Below, one piece after another: positions 45,393 to 54,788 of a DNA stretch of 64,000 bases. The notes under the pieces were generated by a model. It worked only from the letters and a program-made list of their open reading frames with translations, searched no databases and was not told the DNA's origin. The DNA is taken from assembly GCA_937901455.1 (NCBI GenBank), contig CALDIA010000088.1, positions 1,479 through 65,478 of the forward strand, written 5' to 3'. This stretch comes from an uncultured Bacteroidales bacterium. Lineage in GTDB: Bacteria; Bacteroidota; Bacteroidia; Bacteroidales; WCHB1-69. Each line of letters begins with the position of its first letter. The first letter of the stretch is position 1. The position numbers and the translations under genes are program-made.

Positions 45393-45968
45393 TTAAAAAT
45401 GCATGTCTGCAGACAATTTTTTACACGATAGTTCATAGGTTTCGCCTGTGCATACCACAAGGTCGGCCATGCAGCATTTTTCCTGTTGTGGCATCTGACG
45501 GGCCATGCGCTGTAGAATGTCTTCTCGGGTGAGATTCGGATTTCTGGTCATAATGCGCTCGATACGCAGTTCCAAGGGGGCGTCCGCTACAATGACCTTG
45601 TCGAAATAGTGTGCCAGTCCGCCCTCATAGATAATGGCGGACTCCATCATGACAGCATAGGAGTGCTGTTGCCCAGCCCATTGTTCGAAAAGCTCCATTA
45701 CCGCCGGGTGTACCAGCGCATTCAAAGCCTGTAGTTTTTGCTCATCGCCAAAAACCAGGGAAGACAGCAGCGGAATGTTGACACGATGATTCACGATGAG
45801 GCCTTCATGATGAAAGAGTTCGTCCAATTTCTGCTGGAAAGGCTGGTTTTCATAAAGCTTTTTTGCCTCCTCATCGGCATAGAAAACGGGAATGCCCATT
45901 TGGATAAAATGTTTCGACAAGTAGGTCTTGCCAGTGCCTATGCCACCGGTTAGTGCGATCTTAAACAT
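45393..45968 (-). CDS. coaE: Dephospho-CoA kinase
   Basis: 191 aa from ATG 45968 ('MFKIALTGGIGTGKT'). The start overlaps the folP stop by 8 nt. The 25-codon extension in the ORF track runs into folP. Confidence 0.9.
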   Translation of the reverse strand: MFKIALTGGIGTGKTYLSKHFIQMGIPVFYADEEAKKLYENQPFQQKLDELFHHEGLIVNHRVNIPLLSSLVFGDEQKLQALNALVHPAVMELFEQWAGQQHSYAVMMESAIIYEGGLAHYFDKVIVADAPLELRIERIMTRNPNLTREDILQRMARQMPQQEKCCMADLVVCTGETYELSCKKLSADMHF

Positions 45969-46794
45969 GATGGTAGAAATCGAAAATATGAATAGTTTCC
46001 ATGGCCATGCGCACATCGTGTACGCGTAGGATGTCAGCTCCATGCGTCAGCGCCAGTGTATGAACGGCCGTAGTGCCGTTGAGGGCTTCTTGGGGCGATG
46101 TTTGCAGCAGTTTGTAGATCATCGATTTGCGCGACACTCCCACCAAAATCGGGAGCCCGAAGGTTTGGAAGGCTTCCAGATTTTTGAGAATGGTATAGTT
46201 TTGCTCAAGGGTTTTGCCGAATCCGAATCCTGGGTCTATGAGGATATCGTGGGCATGGTGTTGGCGCAGTTTTTCTATCTGTTGACCGAAAAAGGAGAGC
46301 ATGTCGGCAATCAGGTCTTGGTAGTGGGTCTGGGTTTGCATGACATCCGGTTTAGCGGGGGTGTGGGTGAGGCAATAGGGCACCTGTAGGGCACCCACCA
46401 AGGGAATCATCGCCTCGTCGAAAGTGCCTCCGGAAATGTCGTTGATGATGGAAGCGCCATTTTCAACGGCTACCTTGGCAACGGAAGCTCGCCACGTGTC
46501 CACCGAGATGGGAGCGCCAGGAAATTGTCGGTGCAAGAGTTGTACAGTGTCGCGAATGACGGTCAACTCCTGTTCTTCGGGGATGTCAGCGGCATTGGGG
46601 CGGGTGGAGACAGCGCCCACATCGATGATGGCAGCACCCTCATCGAGCAGTTGCCCGGCACGGTCCACCACGGCCTCTTGAGTGGTATAGCGCCCACCGT
46701 CAAAAAAAGAATCACGTGTTACGTTGAGGATGCCCATGACGATGGGCTTTTCCAAAGACAGCAGATGACCGGAACAATTGATCTGTGTGTGCAT
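45961..46794 (-). CDS. folP: Dihydropteroate synthase
   Basis: 277 aa with 'MGILNVTRDSFFDGG', 'DVGAVSTRP' and 'DPGFGFGK'. Confidence 0.95.
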   Translation of the reverse strand: MHTQINCSGHLLSLEKPIVMGILNVTRDSFFDGGRYTTQEAVVDRAGQLLDEGAAIIDVGAVSTRPNAADIPEEQELTVIRDTVQLLHRQFPGAPISVDTWRASVAKVAVENGASIINDISGGTFDEAMIPLVGALQVPYCLTHTPAKPDVMQTQTHYQDLIADMLSFFGQQIEKLRQHHAHDILIDPGFGFGKTLEQNYTILKNLEAFQTFGLPILVGVSRKSMIYKLLQTSPQEALNGTTAVHTLALTHGADILRVHDVRMAMETIHIFDFYHHV

Positions 46795-46803
46795 AGTGTT
46801 ATT

Positions 46804-47460
46804 TTATAAACGCTTCATATAGGCAATCTCAGCGGAGGGGTCTTGGCTACCGAAAACCGCATTGCCTGCCACTACGGCATCGGCACCGGCATCTATGATT
46901 TGCTGGATGTTGTCTCTTGACACGCCTCCGTCCACCTCTATCAGGGTGTCGGCATGGTGGCGTTCAATCATCTCGCGGAGTTCTGTGATGCGGTGCAGGG
47001 CACGTGTGATAAATTTCTGTCCGCCAAAGCCGGGGTTTACTGACATGAGAAGCACCAGATTTACATCGTCAATGATGTCCTCCAGACCGCTGATGGGGGT
47101 GTGAGGGTTGAGGGAAACGCCTGCCAGCATTCCCTCCTCTTTAATCTGGGTGACGGTGCGGTGCAGGTGGGTGCATGCCTCCCAATGCACGGTCAGCATG
47201 TCGCTACCCGCCTCCCTGAAAGCATGTATGTAGCGTTCAGGCTGCACGATCATCAGATGGGTGTCGAGTGGCTTCTCCGAATATTTACGAATGGCCTTTA
47301 CCACTGGAATCCCAAAGGATATGTTGGGTACAAATACACCGTCCATGATGTCCAGGTGAAGCCAGTCGGCCTTGGACTCATTCAACATGCGGATGTCGGC
47401 TTCCAGATTTCCAAAATTGGCCGACAGCAATGACGGGGCTACAATTACGGATTGATGCAT
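46804..47460 (-). CDS. rpe: Ribulose-phosphate 3-epimerase
   Basis: 218 aa from ATG 47460 ('MHQSVIVAPSLLSANF...LHLDIMDGVFVPN', 'MSVNPGFGGQ'). The extension to 47604 overlaps alaS and is not protein-like. Confidence 0.95.
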   Translation of the reverse strand: MHQSVIVAPSLLSANFGNLEADIRMLNESKADWLHLDIMDGVFVPNISFGIPVVKAIRKYSEKPLDTHLMIVQPERYIHAFREAGSDMLTVHWEACTHLHRTVTQIKEEGMLAGVSLNPHTPISGLEDIIDDVNLVLLMSVNPGFGGQKFITRALHRITELREMIERHHADTLIEVDGGVSRDNIQQIIDAGADAVVAGNAVFGSQDPSAEIAYMKRL

Positions 47461-47506
47461 ATAGTTTTTATTTTGAGCTTGATAAAATCGGATTCTGCAA
47501 TGATTG

Positions 47507-50107
47507 CTAATCGTTAAGGAGACGGAGTACTTCGACAACAGCATCGGGCAGGCCGGCGGGGTTCTTGCCACCGGCAGTGGAGAGGGAGGGTTGTCCACCG
47601 CCACCGCCTTGTATCAGTTTCCCAGCTGCACGCACTAATTTTGGAGCTTCATAGCGGCCCACCAAGTCGTCTGAGATGGCGACCACTAAGTTAGGTTTAT
47701 TGTCGCAGACACTGCCCAGCACCACTACGCGGTTTGGTTCTGTGCGCAGCTTGAAGGCGGCATTGCGCAGTATCTCGCCGCTATAACTGCTGATATTGGA
47801 GATGACGTGCATGCCGTTCACTTCTTGTGCTGTGGCGGACATCTCTTTGCAGAAGGCAGCTATTTGCTGTTGCTCAAACTCCTCTATCTTCTTGCGGTAG
47901 GCAGCGTTGTCATCGATGAGCCTCTGTATGGCCTGTGGCAGGTTGGTGGTATTGAGAGCCTCTTTCATCTGTTTGATAAGGTTTTGGTTTTCATACATCA
48001 AGGCCTCGGCTGTAGTGCCGGTAACTGCTTCTATACGGCGCACGCCGGCGGCAATGGCACCCTCAGACACGATCTTGAAGAGTCCGATATTGCCTGTGGC
48101 GGATGTGTGTGTGCCACCGCACAACTCTATGGCTTTGCCGAACTGGATAACACGGACGGTATGGCCATATTTCTCGCCAAAGAGGGCGATGGCTCCCATG
48201 GCCCGGGCTTCGTCAATGGGCACATCCAAGTGCTCCTGCAAGGGAATGTTCTCGCGAATCATCCGGTTTACTATCTGCTCTACCTGGACTAACTCCTCAT
48301 CGGTTACCTTCGCAAAGTGGGAGAAGTCAAAGCGCAACCGATCAGCGGTGACTAATGAGCCTTTTTGCTCTACATGGGTGCCTAACACCGTGCGTAAGGC
48401 ATGGTCAAGGAGGTGTGTGGCAGAGTGATTGTTGGCTGTGGACTGTCGCTTGTCTGTGTCAATGACTGCTGTAAACTCGCCCGTGAGGTTCTCCGGCAAG
48501 GTGGTGGACAAGTGTATGATGAGGTTGTTCTCTTTGATGGTGTTGAAGATAGCTACTTTCTCATTCACATTTTCCAAGTGGCCAGTGTCACCTGCCTGAC
48601 CGCCACCCTCGGCATAGAAGGGCGTTTTGTCGAGTACTATTTGAAAAAAAGTCTTGTTCTTGGCTGTGACCTTCCGGTATTTGAGTATGTGGCATGGACA
48701 ATTATACTCATGATAGCCCACGAAGGTGGTCGGTTCATTGCGCTCAATCAGGGTTACCCAGTCGTCGGTGGTCACTGCGGCCGCCGCCCGTGAACGCTCT
48801 TTCTGCTGACGAAGTCCCTCCTGGAATCCCTCCATGTCCACCGTCATGTTCTTTTCGGAAGCCAACAGCTGGGTAAGGTCGATGGGGAATCCGTAGGTGT
48901 CGAACAACTCGAAGGCAAAAGCACCGTCCACGATGGCCTCCGGATGGTTTTTGCAATAGTTTTCAAATTTGATGATGCCCGACTCTAAGGTCTTCAGAAA
49001 GGAGGTCTCTTCTTCTTGAATTACCTTGGTGATGAGGATGGCTTGCGCTTTCAGCTCGGGGAACTGTTGTCCCATTTGCTGCACAAGGGCATCTACAGAC
49101 TTATGTATGAAGGGGGTTTTGAAGCCCAGGAAGGTGAAGCCGTAGCGGATGGCACGGCGCAAGATGCGTCGGATCACGTAGCCGGCTCCGGTGTTAGAAG
49201 GCAGCTGCCCATCGGCAATGGCAAAGCAGACAGCGCGCAGGTGGTCGGCCACCACGCGCAAGGCTATGTCCACCTCCTTGTGTTCACCGTAACGGACACC
49301 CGCATCTGCAGCGAATTTCTGAATCAGGGGCTGGAACACGTCAGTATCGTAGTTGGACTTCTTGTTCTGAACTGCCATGCAGAGGCGCTCGAAGCCCATG
49401 CCGGTATCCACATGCTTGGCGGCTAATGGGTGCAGCTCGCCCGAGGCCACACGGTTGTATTGCATGAAAACGAGGTTCCAAATCTCAATCACTAACGGGT
49501 TGTCCTTGTTGACCAGAGAAGCACCGGGCACCTGCGCACGCTCGGCATCATTGCGCAGGTCGATGTGAATTTCCGAGCAGGGCCCGCAAGGACCGGTGTC
49601 GCCCATCTCCCAAAAGTTATCTTTTTTGTTGCCCCTCAGGATGCGATCCTCGGGAAGATGATCTTTCCAGAAATCGTATGCCTCCTGGTCGAAAGAGGTG
49701 CCGTCCTGAGTATCGCCGGCAAAGACGGTGGCATAAAGACGGCCCTTGTCTAATCTCATCACTTCGGTAAGAAACTCCCAGGCATATTCAATGGCCTCTT
49801 TCTTGAAATAGTCGCCAAACGACCAGTTGCCGAGCATCTCGAACATGGTGTGATGGTAGGTGTCACGACCCACTTCTTCCAAATCGTTGTGCTTGCCCGA
49901 CACGCGGAGACATTTCTGGGAGTCGGCTACGCGGGTGTGTTCGGCAGGAGTGTTGCCCAGAAAGATGTCCTTGAATTGGTTCATGCCGGCATTGGTGAAC
50001 ATCAGGGTGGGGTCGTTTTTGATGACCATAGGTGCAGAGGGCACAATATGGTGCTGTTTGGATTCAAAGAATTGTAAAAAGGCGTTTCGTATTTCTGTTG
50101 AGGTCAT
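47507..50107 (-). CDS. alaS: Alanine--tRNA ligase
   Basis: 866 aa with '[13 protein letters not shown]', '[10 protein letters not shown]', editing-domain 'HSATHLL' / 'CGGTH' motifs and a C-terminal DHHA1-like domain. Confidence 0.97.
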   Translation of the reverse strand: MTSTEIRNAFLQFFESKQHHIVPSAPMVIKNDPTLMFTNAGMNQFKDIFLGNTPAEHTRVADSQKCLRVSGKHNDLEEVGRDTYHHTMFEMLGNWSFGDYFKKEAIEYAWEFLTEVMRLDKGRLYATVFAGDTQDGTSFDQEAYDFWKDHLPEDRILRGNKKDNFWEMGDTGPCGPCSEIHIDLRNDAERAQVPGASLVNKDNPLVIEIWNLVFMQYNRVASGELHPLAAKHVDTGMGFERLCMAVQNKKSNYDTDVFQPLIQKFAADAGVRYGEHKEVDIALRVVADHLRAVCFAIADGQLPSNTGAGYVIRRILRRAIRYGFTFLGFKTPFIHKSVDALVQQMGQQFPELKAQAILITKVIQEEETSFLKTLESGIIKFENYCKNHPEAIVDGAFAFELFDTYGFPIDLTQLLASEKNMTVDMEGFQEGLRQQKERSRAAAAVTTDDWVTLIERNEPTTFVGYHEYNCPCHILKYRKVTAKNKTFFQIVLDKTPFYAEGGGQAGDTGHLENVNEKVAIFNTIKENNLIIHLSTTLPENLTGEFTAVIDTDKRQSTANNHSATHLLDHALRTVLGTHVEQKGSLVTADRLRFDFSHFAKVTDEELVQVEQIVNRMIRENIPLQEHLDVPIDEARAMGAIALFGEKYGHTVRVIQFGKAIELCGGTHTSATGNIGLFKIVSEGAIAAGVRRIEAVTGTTAEALMYENQNLIKQMKEALNTTNLPQAIQRLIDDNAAYRKKIEEFEQQQIAAFCKEMSATAQEVNGMHVISNISSYSGEILRNAAFKLRTEPNRVVVLGSVCDNKPNLVVAISDDLVGRYEAPKLVRAAGKLIQGGGGGQPSLSTAGGKNPAGLPDAVVEVLRLLND

Positions 50108-50128
50108 AATATTATATGTTTAAGGCGG

Positions 50129-50136
50129 CAAAAATA
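50129..50136 (-). promoter_or_regulatory. Candidate -7 box for alaS
   Basis: The minus strand reads TATTTTTG, 22 nt upstream of ATG 50107. Confidence 0.4.
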
Positions 50137-50205
50137 CAACATTTTAAGATATGCCATGTCATCAGATGAACTTTCGGTAAAATAGAAAGTATAAAAAAAA
50201 GCTAA

Positions 50206-50486
50206 AGAATGTGTGTGGATGGTGTCGGCTATCAACGGTCCCTCCTCCAGCATCTCCGCCCGTGTTCAGTGGCGGTCATAGTCCAAGTCAATATCTACGG
50301 ACAGACGCGGCATATCGAATATGGTCAGGTTGATGCCCCCCTTAGAGCCAACTTCCGGCCAAGACGTTCATCTTGGTTGAGGATAGACAAAATCTCCGCC
50401 AATCGATACGCCCTATCCAGATTGTCGCGTACAAATCCTGTCTGCTGCGATAGTTTTTCCAATTGAAACCTATCAAATACCGGCAT
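50206..50486 (-). pseudogene. AbiEii/AbiGii-type nucleotidyltransferase toxin, N-terminal remnant (frameshifted, nonsense-interrupted, 3'-truncated)
   Basis: From ATG 50486 the sequence reads 'MPVFDRFQLEKLSQQTGFVRDNLDRAYRLAEILSILNQDERLGRKLALRG'. The frame then breaks in a C6/G6 run (50336-50341). It continues in another frame as 'GINLTIFDMPRLSVDIDLDYDRH', hits an in-frame TGA (50266-50268), then reads 'TRAEMLEEGPLIADTIH'. About 200 C-terminal residues expected for the family are absent. Confidence 0.6.
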
Positions 50487-50979
50487 AGCTTTCTTGTTCT
50501 AAAAACGATAAGATATTGTCGGGTGCATAGAGGTCCCATTCCTTATGATATACATTGTTCTGCGAATCAGACTGGATGCGATCAATCCCCTGCGCCCCAC
50601 CGGTCAATGCAGTCAACAAAGGTACGTGACTAATCCGTCACCCGTACCAATGCATCCATCGGCGGTTCATTTACGCTGATGTCTAACTTGTTGGCGCAAT
50701 ATTGGTATGCCATCCCGTCACATTCAAACCCGTTGAAAAGCGAGCCGCTTGCAACGTATATGGTGTAGAACACCTGATGTGCAAAGTCATAGTACTTGAA
50801 AGCGGAATGATAGGCCACGCACGCTGTTGGGGTGACGTGAGACGCTATTGGAAACGGTTGACCTCCATAGCCTTTGTTTCGAGATTGACAGCTGCATACA
50901 GATTTCTGCGGACACGTTTGACGAGACCTGCTCTGGCGTAGCGGTTCAGCGGCACCAGAGCAGAATGCTTGTTGCTCTG
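50473..50979 (-). pseudogene. AbiEi-type antitoxin/transcriptional regulator remnant (two frameshifts, one in-frame TAG, 5'-truncated)
   Basis: Three minus-strand frame pieces read consecutively like AbiEi. They are 'LVPLNRYARAGLVKRVRRNLYAAVNLETKAMEVNRFQ*', then 'IASHVTPTACVAYHSAFKYYDFAHQVFYTIYVAS...LVRVTD*SRTFVDCIDRWGAG', then 'GGAQGIDRIQS...LSFLEQESYAGI*'. Its stop overlaps the toxin ATG by 14 nt, as in AbiE operons. Confidence 0.55.
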
Positions 50980-50999
50980 TCAATGGGATTACTCTATTA

Positions 51000-52604
51000 T
51001 TACTCCCACTCAATGGTGGCGGGCGGTTTGGAGCTGATGTCGTAGCATACGCGGTTCACGCCTTTCACCTTGTTGATGATGTCATTGGAAATCTTGGCCA
51101 TGAATTCGTAGGGCAGGTGTGCCCAATCGGCGGTCATGGCGTCTGTGCTGGTCACGGCGCGCAGGGCCACGGCACGCTCGTAAGTACGCTCGTCGCCCAT
51201 GACGCCCACACTTTTGATGGGCAGCAGGATGACACCTGCCTGCCAAATCTGGTCGTAGAGGGAGACCTCAATCTCGCCGTTGGTCATGTTGGCGGGCACG
51301 CCGGCGGCTAACACCTTGCGGGCTTCTTCACCGCTGAGTTTCACTTTCCAATCGCGCAGGCCCTGAATGAAGATGTCGTCGGCATCTTGGAGGATGCGCA
51401 CCTTCTCTCGGGTGATGTCGCCCAGAATACGGACGGCCAAGCCCGGCCCCGGGAAGGGGTGACGGGTGATGAGATGTTCGGGCATGCCCAGTTGTCGGCC
51501 CACACGGCGCACCTCGTCCTTGAAGAGCCACTTCAACGGTTCGCACAACTGTAGGTGCATCTTTTCGGGCAGGCCTCCCACGTTGTGGTGGCTTTTAATG
51601 ACCATTCCAGTGATGCTGAGGCTCTCAATGCGGTCGGGGTAGATGGTGCCCTGCGCCAGCCATTTGGCATCCGTGATTTTCTGCGCCTCCTCATTGAAGA
51701 CGTCAATGAATCCGGCACCGATGATCTTGCGCTTGCGCTCAGGCTCGGTCACACCTTCTAATTCTTTGAAGAACTTTTCGCTGGCATCCACGCCGATGAC
51801 GTTCAGCCCCAAGCCTTCATAGTCATGCATCACATTTTGGAACTCGTTTTTGCGTAGCAGGCCGTGGTCCACAAAGATGCAGGTGAGGTTTTGGCCGATG
51901 GCGCGGTTCAGTAGGACGGCGCATACGGAGGAGTCCACGCCACCGCTCAGGCCCAAGATGACGCGGTCGTTCCCAATTTGCTCTTTGAGTTCGCGGATGG
52001 TGGTTTCGACGAAGGAGGCGGGGCTCCAGGTCCGGTGGCCGCCGCAAATGTCCACCACGAAGTTCTTGAGCAGCAAGGAACCTTGTGTGGTGTGGAACAC
52101 CTCGGGGTGGAACTGCACGCCCCAGGTCGGCTCGTCCTCAAACTGGTAGGCGGCAAACTCCACCTTGTCGGTGGAGGCTATTTTGCGGCAGTTGTCGGGA
52201 AGTTTAGTGATGGTGTCGCCATGGCTCATCCAGACCTGCGTGTGCTCGTAGAGACCCTGGAGCAGGGGGTTGTCGCGGTCGAAGGCGGCGAGGTTGGCGC
52301 GCCCGTACTCGCGGCTGCCGGCAGGCTCCACGCGACCGCCGTTGGTGTGAGCCATAAACTGGGCGCCGTAGCAGATACCCAACACCGGCAGACGCCTGCG
52401 GATGCCAGTGAGGTCCACCTGGAAAGCGCGCCCGTCATAAACACTGAAGGGCGATCCGCTCAAGATGACACCAATCACGTCGGGGTCATCCTTCGGAAAC
52501 TTGTTGTAAGGAACTATTTCACAAAACATGTCCAACTCACGGAGGCGCCGGCCAATCAGTTGCGTAGTCTGAGACCCAAAGTCCAGGATGATGATCTTTT
52601 CCAT
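51000..52604 (-). CDS. guaA: GMP synthase (glutamine-hydrolysing)
   Basis: 534 aa. It has a GATase 'GICYGAQFM' and 'QFHPEV', an ATP-PPase '[11 protein letters not shown]', and a C-terminal 'GDERTY' and 'KPPATIEWE'. Confidence 0.95.
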   Translation of the reverse strand: MEKIIILDFGSQTTQLIGRRLRELDMFCEIVPYNKFPKDDPDVIGVILSGSPFSVYDGRAFQVDLTGIRRRLPVLGICYGAQFMAHTNGGRVEPAGSREYGRANLAAFDRDNPLLQGLYEHTQVWMSHGDTITKLPDNCRKIASTDKVEFAAYQFEDEPTWGVQFHPEVFHTTQGSLLLKNFVVDICGGHRTWSPASFVETTIRELKEQIGNDRVILGLSGGVDSSVCAVLLNRAIGQNLTCIFVDHGLLRKNEFQNVMHDYEGLGLNVIGVDASEKFFKELEGVTEPERKRKIIGAGFIDVFNEEAQKITDAKWLAQGTIYPDRIESLSITGMVIKSHHNVGGLPEKMHLQLCEPLKWLFKDEVRRVGRQLGMPEHLITRHPFPGPGLAVRILGDITREKVRILQDADDIFIQGLRDWKVKLSGEEARKVLAAGVPANMTNGEIEVSLYDQIWQAGVILLPIKSVGVMGDERTYERAVALRAVTSTDAMTADWAHLPYEFMAKISNDIINKVKGVNRVCYDISSKPPATIEWE

Positions 52605-52633
52605 AAAGTGTAGGTTGCTGAAAAATGAAAGCG

Positions 52634-52641
52634 CAAAAATA
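52634..52641 (-). promoter_or_regulatory. Candidate -7 box for guaA
   Basis: The minus strand reads TATTTTTG, 30 nt upstream of ATG 52604. Confidence 0.4.
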
Positions 52642-52695
52642 CAATAAATCTTAATTCAACAGCTCAAACCTTTCAATAGGTAATTAATTAATTCT

Positions 52696-52703
52696 TATTT
52701 TTG
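52696..52703 (+). promoter_or_regulatory. Candidate -7 box for the divergent transporter gene
   Basis: TATTTTTG ends 24 nt upstream of ATG 52727. Confidence 0.4.
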
Positions 52704-52726
52704 CCGCCCGAAAATTTTCGATTCAT

Positions 52727-53671
52727 ATGCAGGAGAAACTCAGGAGTTACGTGTTGCCCGTGGCCATTTTTTTTGGACTGTTGCTGCATAAGTGGTGCGC
52801 TCTGATTTCGTTCTTGGCCCCATACCTGGTTTTTGTCATCTTGTTTCTGAACTTTGTGGCGGTGGACTTGCGCAAAGTGCATTTCACTAATATGCAGTGG
52901 TGTATTCTCGCCTTCCAGGTAGTGGTGAGTATCGCTGCCTATTTCATTGTGACCAATACCATTCAGAACTCGCTGTTGGCCCAAGGAATCCTGATGGGCA
53001 TACTCTGTCCTGTGGCCTGTTCAGTGGTGGTCATTGCCTGTATGCTCGGGGCTGACCGCCCGACGGTGACCGCCTATACGGTGATTGGTAATCTGGCCAT
53101 TGCCGTGGTGGCTCCCCTCTATTTTTCCATAGTGGGAGTGCATCCCGAGCTGCCACTGTTGACATCTTATTGGATAATATTCAAAAAAATAGCGCCTACA
53201 ATCGGACTGCCCTTCTTTGTAGCCCTCTTTTTGCAGATAGCCTTGCCTCGTACCCATCAGGTGTTTGCACGATATACAGGAACAACCTTTTATATATGGG
53301 CTTTTCTGCTATTCATCACATTGGGCCAAACCATTGATTTCATTTTTCTGCACGGTGCGGGTAATGAGTGGAATATCGTTTGGCTGGCAGTGGCCTCCAT
53401 GGTAGTCTGCGCCATACAGTTCGGCATGGGCAAGTGGATAGGTCGCCAGTTTGGCGACAGCATGGCAGGCGGGCAGATGCTTGGTCAAAAAAACACAGCT
53501 ATGGGAATATGGATGGCCAACACGTTTCTCTCACCACTCACGTCCGTTTTCTTAGCTTGCTATTCGATATGGCAAAATTTGTTCAATAGTTGGCAGATTT
53601 GGTATCAAGACCATAGGAAGCCTATTTCTGAGCCATCTTCAAAAGTACCAGCGTCACCACCAGGAAGATGA
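52727..53671 (+). CDS. Integral membrane transporter, bile acid:sodium symporter (BASS/SBF)-like
   Basis: 314 aa with about 9-10 TM segments. The general layout resembles the SBF-like family, but I have no diagnostic motif. The 3' end overlaps the convergent lptF/G-family gene by 50 nt. Confidence 0.5.
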   Translation: MQEKLRSYVLPVAIFFGLLLHKWCALISFLAPYLVFVILFLNFVAVDLRKVHFTNMQWCILAFQVVVSIAAYFIVTNTIQNSLLAQGILMGILCPVACSVVVIACMLGADRPTVTAYTVIGNLAIAVVAPLYFSIVGVHPELPLLTSYWIIFKKIAPTIGLPFFVALFLQIALPRTHQVFARYTGTTFYIWAFLLFITLGQTIDFIFLHGAGNEWNIVWLAVASMVVCAIQFGMGKWIGRQFGDSMAGGQMLGQKNTAMGIWMANTFLSPLTSVFLACYSIWQNLFNSWQIWYQDHRKPISEPSSKVPASPPGR

Positions 53672-54752
53672 GGTTGGGAATCCAAGTGCCTAAAACTGGT
53701 GGAAGCCCGCCCGAAACGGAGAATACGGTGGATATTTGCTGCAGAAAAATGAAGGTGAAGGCCAGCCCCATTCCGATGAAGATGTGCACACCCACGCCAC
53801 GTGCGTTTTTACGCGAAGAAACACTCACTCCAAGAAAGGTCATGATGATGATACCTAATGGGTTTGAAACACGCTTGTGCGCCTCTATCTGGTAGTTGGC
53901 CACTAATGAGGATCCTCTCTTCTTTTCTTCTCTGATGAATCGGCGCAATTCTTTGTAGGTCATCGTCTCACTGATGAACACGTCCTGACTGAAATTCAGC
54001 GGAAGTACATTCAGGGTGGTGTCGATGTCATCACCAGAGGTAACATACTCTTTACCATCCACAATCTGCCTTCTGACATATTTATGCAGGTTCCACAGGC
54101 CAGTCTTCTCATTGTATTTCATTGTCTGGGCCGTTATCTTGTCCACAACATGGTAGTCGTCAAAAGACTCATAAGTGGCAAAGTAGCCTTGGTCTTGCCG
54201 GCGGTCCCAACGTTCCACGAAGATGTAACTGTGGCTGTTGTTTTTGACATGTATGTTGGTGGTGGAGATAGCAGCCCGTCCGAAGTATTTGTATTTAAAT
54301 TCATTGAGTTTGGCATTGGTATGCGGAACCACCGAGTTGGCTAAGAATAGCGATATCAACACAATGATGAGAGAGCCGACCAGATAGGGCAACAAAAAAC
54401 GGTTAAAGGTGATGCCGTTGCCCAAAATGGAGATAATCTCATTGTGCGAGGAAAGCTTAGAGGTAAACCAAATAACACTTATAAAGGTGAATAGCGGTAT
54501 GAACAGATTGATGAAGTAGGGGATGAAGTTGAGGTAATAACCAGTGATGATCTCACCTACAGGCACGCCCTTGTCCATAAAGCGCTGGATATTCTCCGAC
54601 AGGTCGAAAATCACCACAATGGTCATCAGCAGGGCAATGGCATAGATTACAGAGCCGAGGAATTTTCTCAGCAAATATGCATCGAGGATTTTCCATCCAG
54701 TCTTGTTGCGGAAGCGCTCTATGTAGCTATGCCATCGGTCTCTCAATGTCAT
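53622..54752 (-). CDS. LptF/LptG family LPS export permease
   Basis: 376 aa with 'KILDAYLLRKFLGSVIYAIALLMTIVVIFDLSE', a large periplasmic beta-jellyroll region and three C-terminal TM segments. Confidence 0.85.
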   Translation of the reverse strand: MTLRDRWHSYIERFRNKTGWKILDAYLLRKFLGSVIYAIALLMTIVVIFDLSENIQRFMDKGVPVGEIITGYYLNFIPYFINLFIPLFTFISVIWFTSKLSSHNEIISILGNGITFNRFLLPYLVGSLIIVLISLFLANSVVPHTNAKLNEFKYKYFGRAAISTTNIHVKNNSHSYIFVERWDRRQDQGYFATYESFDDYHVVDKITAQTMKYNEKTGLWNLHKYVRRQIVDGKEYVTSGDDIDTTLNVLPLNFSQDVFISETMTYKELRRFIREEKKRGSSLVANYQIEAHKRVSNPLGIIIMTFLGVSVSSRKNARGVGVHIFIGMGLAFTFIFLQQISTVFSVSGGLPPVLGTWIPNLIFLVVTLVLLKMAQK

Positions 54753-54788
54753 CTCTCAGTTTAAGTTTAAAGTTTCATCTTATGGTTG

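Noticed and set aside
50630-51013. A 127-aa ORF that could be taken as an intact small gene downstream of guaA.
   Set aside because: Its first ~55 codons are an out-of-frame reading of the AbiEi wHTH region and overlap the guaA stop. Only the second half is genuine AbiEi sequence, and it ends at an in-frame TAG inside the conserved 'VTD.ERT..D' block. I treat it as part of the pseudogene.
51290-51400. An apparent ~25-30-aa insertion in GuaA ('[29 protein letters not shown]') relative to my memory of other GMP synthases.
   Set aside because: I cannot verify this without an alignment. The frame is intact, the flanking motifs are normal, and lineage-specific loops are common.
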